Below, in pieces: positions 14,001-23,774 of a DNA stretch of 64,000 nt. A model generated the notes under the pieces. That model saw only the letters and a list, made by a program, of their open reading frames with translations, did not search any database and was not told the DNA's origin. Both the position numbers and the translations under genes were made by a program. Numbering within the stretch: the stretch's first letter is position 1; every line of letters begins with the position of its first letter. The stretch is from contig CATNEN010000037.1 of the NCBI GenBank assembly GCA_950097015.1, forward strand, positions 558,001-622,000, written 5' to 3'. The stretch is from Macrostomum hystrix (taxonomy: Eukaryota > Animalia > Platyhelminthes).

Positions 14001-14399
14001 AGCCTACAGTCTCTATTATCTCAGCCTACAGTCTCTATTATCTCAGCCTACAGTCTCTATTATCTCAGCCTACAGTCTCTATTATCTCAGCCTACAGTCT
14101 CTATTATCTCAGCCTACAGTCTCTATTATCTCAGCCTACAGTCTCTATTATCTCAGCCTACAGTCTCTATTATCTGAGCTATACCCACCTTCGCCCAGGT
14201 GATGGAGATCTCGCTGAAGGCCCTGAAGCCAGACGGCTGCTATATTAGTCGGGGCGGCTCCCTGGCTCGCCAGTCCTACTGGATGCAATTCGAAGACGAC
14301 TGTCGCAATCTAGGCGTGCAGTGCAGTCGGTTTGTGAATTATGTCCCTAGCTTCTACGAGATCTATCACTTCTATGAGGTTAGATTCGCTTCTTCTTGA
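11040..14399 (+). CDS. SMS: Spermine synthase-like aminopropyltransferase, copy 1 (374 aa)
   Basis: Exons 11040-11091, 11186-11309, 11396-11483, 11581-11651, 12352-12793, 12879-13025, 14199-14399; all GT-AG, 1125 nt, open frame. Motifs KDILILGGGDGGVICE, VTMVEID, YDYIINDLT and YVPSFYE match spermine synthase, including residues equivalent to human D201/D276/E353 (numbering from memory). Confidence 0.9.
11827..12312. repeat. 70-bp tandem repeat, about 7 copies, SMS copy 1 intron 4
   Basis: Unit CAAGGTCGTCCTCATACATATAGGCATGCATGTCCGGGCGTGTAGCCAATAGAAATAACCGAGAGATTCT starting at 11881, 11951 and onward. Confidence 0.92.
13120..14176. repeat. 19-22 bp minisatellite (CTATTATCTCAGCCYACAGT[CT]), SMS copy 1 intron 6
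   Basis: Visible array; source of the 379-aa and 391-aa repetitive ORFs. Confidence 0.95.
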
Positions 14400-15237
14400 A
14401 TAGCCCGTGCTTTGGCTATCTGGTGCCCAAACCGTCAAGTAGAGATTTTAAACTTTGTTAGACTTTCAAGTAGATTTATTAGTTCCGATTAAACACAGTG
14501 TTGATGATTTTTTACCATATATTAGTGCGTTTCTGTTAGTTAACTTTTTGTACAGTGCAATCCGCTTTCTAATCGAAACTGGCGTGTCATTCTAATTGGC
14601 ATGCATTGAAATTCCTTGTTAACTAATTGCCTATTGGTTTTTATATAATAATCTTTTAGTAATTGTAGCTTCGAAAAAAACATGGAACATCTATTTGAAG
14701 AGTTTTACACGCTATCATTTCCTACTTTTTGTTTTACGGAAGACCAAGTTATGTTTATGCATGATTTCTAGATTGTTCTGTTTCTGAATATAATATATCC
14801 CTACCATCTCGCAGTATTAATTGGCAACATTCGTGAAATTAACTACGCTATATGGCTATCAACTATTGAATGATAGCTCGTACTTTACCGTGTATGATTG
14901 ATTTGAAATATATATTTCTTGTCTTCTTATAGTCTGATTATCTAACACTGGACTCACCTGACTATTGTCCGTTTCAAAGTTGTAAGTCCAATTATCCTAT
15001 TTACAATTAGGCTTTCCTCAGATTATTGAGTCTTTTACGAGTTTAAAGTAAAGAAATATACTTTTTCTTTTCTATTAGTATTTTGATTTAGTCTAACATT
15101 TATTTATACGTATTCTCTTTTTTCACTTTCTACTATCTTAAGGCTGTACTCGATATTCAGGCTGTTCTACTTATCCTACTAAAATCCTGATTATGAGTAA
15201 TCAGGACCGACACCTACAGTAACCTGTTTTATCCTTC

Positions 15238-15690
15238 CCATGTCTCATCTCTCCTCTTTCTTATCTCTCCCGTGTCTCATCTATCCTCTTTCTTATCTCT
15301 CCCATGTCTCATCTCTCCTCTTTCTTATCTCTCCCGTGTCTCATCTCTCCCGCGTCGTATCCCTTCCCAGTCTCATCTATCCCGTGTCTCATCTCTCATC
15401 CGTCTCATCTCTCCTGTGTCTTATCTCTCTTGTATATCATCTCTCCTGTGTCTTATCTCTCTTGTATATAATCTCTCCTGTGTCTTATCTCTCTTGTATA
15501 TCATCTCTCCTGTGTCTTATCTCTCTTGTATATCATCTCTCCTGTGTCTTATCTCTCTTGTATATAATCTCTCCTGTGTCTTATCTCTCTTGTATATAAT
15601 CTCTCCTGTGTCTTATCTCTCTTGTATATAATCTCTCCTGTGTCTTATCTCTCTTGTATATCATCTCTCCTGTGTCTTATCTCTACCCTA
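15238..15690. repeat. CT-rich repeat (TGTCTCATCTCTCC, maturing to a 32-bp unit) downstream of SMS copy 1
   Basis: Visible array, related to 22895-23215. Confidence 0.88.
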
Positions 15691-15942
15691 TCTCATATTT
15701 CTACAGCCAATGCTTCTCGCTGTCGTCTTTTAGGTTCTCTCGCTAGCTAATAAGCTTGACGACCCCTTAGATATTCAAGTGGTTCTACTTTCTCACCAGA
15801 TGCGTCAGATTGTTCTACATGTTTAGGTCAACTTCGATTGGCTGGCTTTTTTTCAATAAGCTACAAAGTTGATCGTTCCTGTGCCGTTTTGTTCCAGTAT
15901 TACTAAAGTTTGGCTTTTACATAAGACATAAGAAGACTGAAA

Positions 15943-18900
15943 ATGACTGAGGAGACAATCTTATTTCATTTCTACGCCAAGAGGTCGCTAACTGGTGAGT
16001 GTAGTAGTCACTCTTGTGTCCTAATAAGTTCCATCCAATGCTGATATTTCACTGCGCTTACCTAACATTCAGACTCGGAGCTGCATGGAATGGCGACTAT
16101 TGTGATGCAGGCTGAACAGTCGCAGGTGAAATGCCTATTCTCAGGCCCTGCTGGTGACGACCTTCGACTGTCCGTGTTCTCAACAATGGTTAATAAGTGA
16201 GTTATCTATAATCTCAGGCTGTTTTACAAAAATCAGTTTTTTTTCTCTTTTTCCTAAACAGAATTATCAATATTAGATTCTACGAAAGCCAAAAGCTATA
16301 CGTGTTTGACATTCTCGTCATGAAGAGTGACGTAACTATTGATCTAGTGGTGAGTCAAATTTTGTTTTTGTACGTTTTTTGGTTTGAATTTATTTGAAAA
16401 CGGTGGTGATTTCACTTCTCCTTTATATAGCACATCCGACGTATCGAGGATCTGTTGAAGAATTTCCTAACTGGCGTTGATGCACTCGATCGACTGTACT
16501 GGTGCGTATGTACTAGGGGAGGCTTGAGAACTTCTCAAAATGATGCCATCTTTTACACTAGATTGTATTCAGATAGGATGTATTATTAGACTAATTGTAG
16601 TATGAATTAGAAAAAAAATTCATACACAGTTGGACCAATAGTCCTATTGTTTATTGGGCTAAATGATGTTATTACACTAATTACCACAGACTATTTGACC
16701 AAGTGTCACATAGATTGTTGAGCTAGATGTCAGAGATTGTTAGGCTAGATGTCAGAGATTGTTAAGCTAGATGTCAGAGATTGTTAGGCTAGATGTCAGA
16801 GATTGTTAGGCTAGATGTCAGAGATTGTTAGGCTAGATGTCAGAGATTGTTAAGCTAGATGTCAGAGATTGTTAGGCTAGATGTCAGAGATTGTTAGGCT
16901 AGATGTCATAGAGATTGTTAGGCTAGATGTCAGAGATTGTTAGGCTAGATGTCAGAGATTGTTAGGCTAGATGTCATAGAGATTGTTAGGCTAGATGTCA
17001 GAGATTGTTAGGCTAGATGTCAGAGATTGTTAGGCTAGATGTCAGAGATTGTTGAGCTAGATGTCAAAGATTGTTAGGCTAGAGGTCAGAGATTGTTAGG
17101 CTAGATGTCATAGAGATTGTTGAGCTAGATGTCAGAGATGGTTAAGCTAGATGTCAGAGATTGTTGAGCTAGATGTCAGAGATTGTTGAGCTAGATGTCA
17201 GAGATTGTTAGGCTAGATGTCACAGAGATTGTTAGGCTAGATGTCAGAGATTGTTAGGCTAGATGTCATAGAGATTGTTAGGCTAGATGTCATAGAGATT
17301 GTTAGGCTAGATGTCATAGAGATTGTTAGGCTAGATGTCATAGAGATTGTTAGGCTAGATGTCATAGAGATTGTTAGGCTAGATGTCATAGAGATTGTTA
17401 GGCTAGATGTCATAGAGATTGTTAGGCTAGATGTCATAGAGATTGTTAGGCTAGATGTCATAGAGATTGTTAGGCTAGATGTCATAGAGATTGTTAGGCT
17501 AGATGTCATAGAGATTGTTAGGCTAGATGTCATAGAGATTGTTAGGCTAGATGTCATAGAGATTGTTAGGCTAGATGTCATAGAGATTGTTAGGCTAGAT
17601 GTCATAGAGATTGTTAGGCTAGATGTCATAGAGACTGTTAGGCTAGATGTCATAGAGATTGTTAGGCTAGATGTCATAGAGATTGTTAGGCTAGATGTCA
17701 TAGAGATTGTTAGGCTAGATGTCATAGAGATTGTTAGGCTAGATGTCATAGAGATTGTTAGGCTAGATGTCATAGAGATTGTTAGGCTAGATGTCATAGA
17801 GATTGTTAGGCTAGATGTCAGAGATTGTTAGGCTAGATGTCATAGAGATTGTTAGGCTAGATGTCATAGAGATTGTTAGGCTAGATGTCATAGAGATTGT
17901 TAGGCTAGATGTCATAGAGATTGTTAGGCTAGATGTCATAGAGATTGTTAGGCTAGATGTCATAGAGATTGTTAGGCTAGATGTCAGAGATTGTTAGGCT
18001 AGATGTCAGAGATTGTTAGGCTAGATGTCAGAGATTGTTAGGCTAGATGTCACAGAGATTGTTAGGCTAGATGTCATAGAGATTGTTAGGCTAGATGTCA
18101 CAGAGATTGTTAGGCTAGATGTCACAGAGATTGTTAGGCTAGATGTCAGAGATTGTTAGGCTAGATGTCAGAGATTGTTAGGCTAGATGTCATAGAGATT
18201 GTTAGGCTAGATGTCACAGAGATTGTTAGGCTAGATGTCATAGAGATTGTTAGGCTAGATGTCATAGAGATTGTTAGGCTAGATGTCACAGAGATTGTTA
18301 GGCTAGATGTCAGAGATTGTTAGGCTAGATGTCAGAGATTGTTAGGCTAGATGTCAGAGATTGTTAGGCTAGATGTCAGAGATTGTTAGGCTAGATGTCA
18401 GAGATTGTTAGGCTAGATGTCAGAGATTGTTAGGCTAGATGTCAGAGATTGTTAGGCTAGATGTCAGAGATTGTTAGGCTAGATGTCAGAGATTGTTAGG
18501 CTAGATGTCAGAGATTGTTAGGCTAGATGTCAGAGATTGTTAGGCTAGATGTCAGAGATTGTTAGGCTAGATGTCAGAGATTGTTGAGCTAGATGTCAGA
18601 GATTGTTAGGCTAGATGTCAGAGATTGTTGAGCTAGATGTCAGAGATTGTTAGGCTAGATGTCAGAGATTGTTGAGCTAGATGTCAAAGATTGTTAGGCT
18701 AGAGGTCAGAGATTGTTAGGCTAGATGTCAGAGATTGTTAGACTAGATGTCAGAGATTGTTAGGCTAGATGTCAGAGATTATTAGGCTAGAATTCATACA
18801 CTTAAGCTAGTTGTCATAGGTTCTGCTCAAGCAAGTCAAGCCATAATAACTCCGCAGTCTGCTCGGACCTGTCCGGCGTGGCGAGGCCCTCTGGCGCTAC

Positions 18901-21900
18901 TTTGTCATGTCCGATGATAGAATTTATGAGGCCAACATTAGCCGCCTAGTGGAGGAGCGGCAGACCAAGTATCAGAATGCCAAAATCTACTGGGGCGAGC
19001 TGCACGGTCACGTGCTTTACCTGGACGACGACATGATGTTTGCCGAATTAGAGCAGGAGCCCTACACTCGGGTGCTGTTGGGCCTGGAGACTGGCAAGAC
19101 GCCACGCAACGACTTCAAAGACAAGGACATCCTCATTCTTGGAGGCGGCGACGGCGGAGTCATCTGCGAGCTGTTGAAAAACTCGCCTCGCATGGTTACC
19201 ATGGTTGAGATTGACGCGGAGGTTGTCCAGCTGTGCGCCAAGTACATGCGGGGCGCCTGCGAGGACGCCCTGGACTCGCTCGAGGGACCCAACAAGAAGG
19301 TGCGCCTTCCTTTCAATGTCAATCCATGGCATTTCTTTTCGTCCTCGAGATTCAGACTGTCTGTTTTTGTCTGTATTTGAGCTTCAATCTGCCTGTTTTT
19401 GTCTGTATTTGAGCTTCAATGTGCCTGTTTTTATCTGTATTTGAGCTTCAATCTGCCTGTTTTTGTCTGTATTTGAGCTTCAATCTGCCTGTTTTTGTCT
19501 GTATTTGAGCTTCAATCTGCCTGTTTTTGTCTGTATTTGAGCTTCAATGTGCCTGTTTTTATCTGTATTTGAGCTTCAATCTGCCTGTTTTTGTCTGCAT
19601 TTGAGATTCAATCTGCCTGTTTTTGTCTGCATTTGAGATTCAATCTGCCTGTTTTTGTCTGTATTTGAGATTCAATCTGCCTGTTTTTGTCTGTATTTGA
19701 GATTCAATCTGCCTGTTTTGTCTGCATTTGAGATTCAATCTCTGTTTTTGTCTGTATTTAAGTTTCAATCTGCCTGTTTTTGTCTGCATTTGAGATTCAA
19801 TCTGCCTGTTTTTGTCTGTATTTGAGATTCAATCTGCCTGTTTTGTCTGCATTTGAGATTCAATCTCTGTTTTTGTCTGTCTTTGAGATTCAGTCTATCT
19901 GTTTTCTCTGCATTTAAGATTCAATCTGCCTGTTTTTGTCTGTATTTGAGATTCAGTCTGTCTGTTTTTTCTGCATTTAAGATTCAATCTGCCTGTTTTT
20001 GTCTGTATTTGAGATTCAATCTGCCTGTTTTTGTCTGTATTTGAGATTCAATCTGCCTGTTTTGTCTGCATTTGAGATTCAATCTGCCTGTTTTTGTCTG
20101 TATTTGAGATTTAATCTGTCTGTTTTGTCTGCATTTAAGATTCAATCTGGCTGTTTTTGTCTACATTTGAGATTCAATCTGTCTGTTTTGTCTGTATTTA
20201 AGTTTCAATCTGCCTGTTTTTGTCTGTATTTGAGATTCAATCTGTCTGTTTTTGTCTGTATTTGAGATTCAATCTGCCTGTTTTTGTCTACATTTGAGAT
20301 TCAATCTGGCTGTTTTTGTCTGTATTTGAGATTCAATCTGCCTGTTTTTGTCTGTATTTAAGTTTCAATCTGCCTGTTTTTGTCTGCATTTGAGATTCAA
20401 TCTGCCTGTTTTTGTCTGTATTTGAGATTCAATCTGCCTGTTTTTGTCTGTATTTGAGCTTCAATCTGTCTGTTTTTGTCTGTATTTAAGTTTCAATCTG
20501 CCTGTTTTTGTCTGCATTTGAGATTCAATCTGCCTGTTTTTGTCTGCATTTGCCTATGCTTTTGCAGTCTCTCCTGCATTTGTTGCCTAATTGAGATGGT
20601 ACTGATTGTTAAGAGAGGGAATTGTATGTTCCGCATATTATCGACTGAATGAATAGCATCGATCGGTGCTGGGGAAATAAACTAGTCCTATATTGATCTA
20701 GCAGTCTGCTTGATAAGGGTTGCAAATCTTTATGCAAGCTTATTATATGGACAGATCAAGTTACCCACCCTTTGCTGTTTACTGTCTACTGATGCAGTGA
20801 TGTGGTTGCAGGCTGCCCCAATCAAATGCTTTTTTTCTTTGTTCCACGTTGTCTTTTACGAAAACCCCTTGGTGAAGCTTGATGGTTCGAATCCCAAACA
20901 CGTACAACGTATTTAACAATAGTTGATCTCTATCGCAACCAAACAGATCATCATTGGTGACTGCCTGGATCATCTGCACGAGTGCATCCAGTCTGGCAAG
21001 AAGTACGATTACATCATTAACGACCTGACCGAGTTCATGGTTAACAAGGAGGAGCGAGGATGGAATTACGACTTTGCCACGGACAATAGTCAGGTGAGTA
21101 AAGCAACAAAATCTCGCCCTGCTCTATCTCATCCAATCACTACCTACATCCAATCTCATCTTCGTTTACTGATTTAATCTCACCCTTCCGTATCTCACCT
21201 CATATCTAGTCTCACCCTCTCGTATCTCATCCTCACGCATCCCACGCCATGTCTAATCTCACCTTCCCGTGGCCGTATATCACCCCTTATTTAATCTCAC
21301 CCCTCCGTATCTCCCCTCATATCTAGTCTCACCCTCTCGTATCTCATCCTCACGCATCCTACGCCATGTCTAATCTCACCTTCCCGTATATCACCCCTTA
21401 TTTAATCTCACCCTTCCGTATCTGATGCAATATATACTCTAACTCTCCCGTATCTCACCCCATATCTAATCCCACCCTTTCGTATCTCACCCCATATCTA
21501 ATCCCACCCTTTCGTATCTCACCCCTTATCTAATCTCACCCTTCCGTATATCACCACATATCTAATCCCTTATTCAATCGCACCCAAAATTCCAATCCTC
21601 TCACCCTCCCGTATCCTGTTTTCTACCCCACCCAATCTCACCACATCCCATCTAATCTCACCCCTTATAATCTCACCCCATCTAATCTCTCCCATCTAGT
21701 CTCAATCCATCCGATCTCACCTCATCTAATCTCATCCCATGTTATCTCAAATCTGTCTCAGACCATCTTATCTCACCTCACCCCATCTAATCTCACTACA
21801 TCCAATCGCACCCTTCAATATCCCACCCCGTGCCTGTCCCTGCAGATCATGGAGATCTCGCTGAAGGCTCTGAAGCCGGACGGCCGCTACATCCTTCGCG

Positions 21901-22040
21901 GCGGTTCGCTGGCCAACCAGCCCTATTGGAGTCGCTTCGAAGCGGACTGCCGCAAGCTCAACCTGCAGTACCGGCGATTCCAGAGCTACGTGCCCTGCTT
22001 CTACGAGATCTACTTGTTCTACGAGGTCCAATTCGCTTAA
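15943..22040 (+). CDS. SMS: Spermine synthase-like aminopropyltransferase, copy 2 (372 aa), tandem paralog
   Basis: Exons 15943-15994, 16073-16196, 16262-16349, 16431-16501, 18858-19299, 20947-21093, 21846-22040. Exons 1-6 have the same lengths and phases as copy 1, and the same catalytic motifs are present (GGGDGG, IINDLT, YVPCFYE). Confidence 0.9.
16720..18790. repeat. 21/23-bp minisatellite (GATTGTTAGGCTAGATGTCA[TA]GA), SMS copy 2 intron 4
   Basis: Homogeneous 23-bp core flanked by 21-bp units. Confidence 0.97.
19345..20550. repeat. 32-bp minisatellite (TTGAGATTCAATCTGCCTGTTTTTGTCTGTAT), SMS copy 2 intron 5
   Basis: Visible array. Confidence 0.95.
21120..21830. repeat. Degenerate ATCTCACCC-rich repeat, SMS copy 2 intron 6
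   Basis: Visible low-complexity array ending just before the acceptor. Confidence 0.8.
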
Positions 22041-22894
22041 TGGTTGTTTCTGATCTCTGCCAAACAGCATCATTATTTATTATTAAACATTTTAAACACT
22101 ATTCCATTAATACAGTCGCTGTGCTTGCCGCTAGCTTTACTACTTGTTGTTAGTAGTAAAAATGGTGAGTTAGTATCGCTTAGAAAATCTTGGCTAGACT
22201 CGTAGTCGTTGATCGATGAATTTTAGAAATGGAGAACTAATTACATTAGATTACATTACATTACATCAGTCTCGGCCATGATGTACAGGCTGTTGCCCAG
22301 CTGTTCAGCACGTTGAGTAATTTGGACTCCAAGGAATAATTAATTCCCTACTTTTTAGTTGGTTTTTCGTTGTTTTTTTCCTGCAAGCTTTTCTTGCACA
22401 AAACAGCTTTCTATTTGCATTAATCCAACACTTCGTCTGTTTGATCGTGTATGGTTTTTTATATATCTATTACTCTTTTAAAAATCGAAGTTTTTTTAAG
22501 AATTCACACGGAAGCAACTTTTGTCTATAATAATACAAGTACAAAAAATAATCAAACACAAGTTTGACAATTTCAACTTTTAATCCAAGCCGCATCTTCC
22601 TTTTTTATTGATAACTTTTATTGAAACAACTATATAAGTAAATGTTGCTGATTACTACAGCCTCATACACCTATTTCATTAAAACAATTGTTTTAGAAAT
22701 AAAAAATATTCTTTTCGAGCTTTTTTACCATCGAATTACGTGCGAATCGAAATTTATTGGTCTGCTTTCATTTATCTTCGTTGTTCCGTACTTTAAATGA
22801 TTGATTGAATTCCTAAAGTGCGAGTGCCTCAAGCAACCGAGAGAGGTTAGGGGTTCGAATCTCTCCCCTGTCTTAGCTCCCACTTTCTCACCAC

Positions 22895-23215
22895 ACCCCT
22901 GTCTCATCTCTCCCGTGTCTCATCTCTACCGTCTCATCTCTTCCCTGTCTCATCTCTCTCCTGTCTCATCTCTCCCTGTTTCATCTCTCCCCTGTCTCAT
23001 CTCTACTGTCTCATCTCTCCTCTGTCTCATCTCTCCCGTGTCTCATCTCTCCTCTCATCTCTCCGTGTCTCATCTCTACCGTCTCATCTCTCCCCTGTCT
23101 CATCTCTCCCTGTTTCATCTCTCCCCTGTCTCATATCTACTGTCTCATCTCTCCTCTGTCTCATCTCTCCCCTGTCTCATCTCCCCCTTTCTCATTTCTT
23201 CCCTGTCTCATCACT
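22895..23215. repeat. About 15-bp CT-rich repeat (TGTCTCATCTCTCCC) downstream of SMS copy 2
   Basis: Same unit family as 15238-15690. Confidence 0.88.
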
Positions 23216-23604
23216 AAATGTCCCATTTTTCCGCAGCCTCATCTCTTCCATGTCTTATTTCACAGTTAATGCGGTCCGCTTTTATGTTTTGGATTCTGTA
23301 ATTTGGCCAGCATGGTATTAAAGGTTGCCGACCCCTCATCTACCATAATCCCCAGAACAGAAGCAAGCGAATGAAAAATTGCTTTACCAGCTCTGAGCTC
23401 CCGTAGGGCTTATTCTCTGAACTCAACAGTGACAGACAGGTGGGCTATGCTGGGGTTGGAAATACACATATATACCCACACGCAGTTTATATTTGTTAGA
23501 AAAAAGCTACTCATATTGAGCACTGAGCAGTGTGTTGGCAGGAGCCAAAGATCCAGTTCTTACTTGAGGAATTCACGCACTGAATGGAAGCAGCAGCGAA
23601 AGCG

Positions 23605-23618
23605 GTCGCCATGGAAAC
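23605..23618 (+). promoter_or_regulatory. RFX X-box motif upstream of the LRRC74-like gene
   Basis: GTCGCCATGGAAAC fits the X-box consensus RTHNYYWTRRNRAC at all 14 positions, about 157 bp before the ATG. Confidence 0.6.
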
Positions 23619-23774
23619 AAGCGACACACCTCTCACCTCCGCATCTCACTATTCTCACTCTTTAACTCCATCGCCAAAGCAGTTTCTCTTGCCAATGAGC
23701 AATGTCTGCCTATCCGTATTTCACGCATTTAACATAAGCTGGAGACAAAGGGTCTGAGGGGCGACAGAAAAGAA

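Noticed and set aside
13063-14248. 379-aa and 391-aa S/L/Q/Y-rich ORFs
   Set aside because: Minisatellite in SMS copy 1 intron 6; the true exon starts at 14199.
17237-17997. IVRLDVIE and MTSSLTIS repeat ORFs
   Set aside because: Both strands of the 23/21-bp array in SMS copy 2 intron 4; the peptide period shown in the track is an artefact of the array.
22241-22320. (TTACA)n run as a LINE/SINE 3' tail
   Set aside because: Only about 5 imperfect units and no second copy or ORF in the window; too weak to call.
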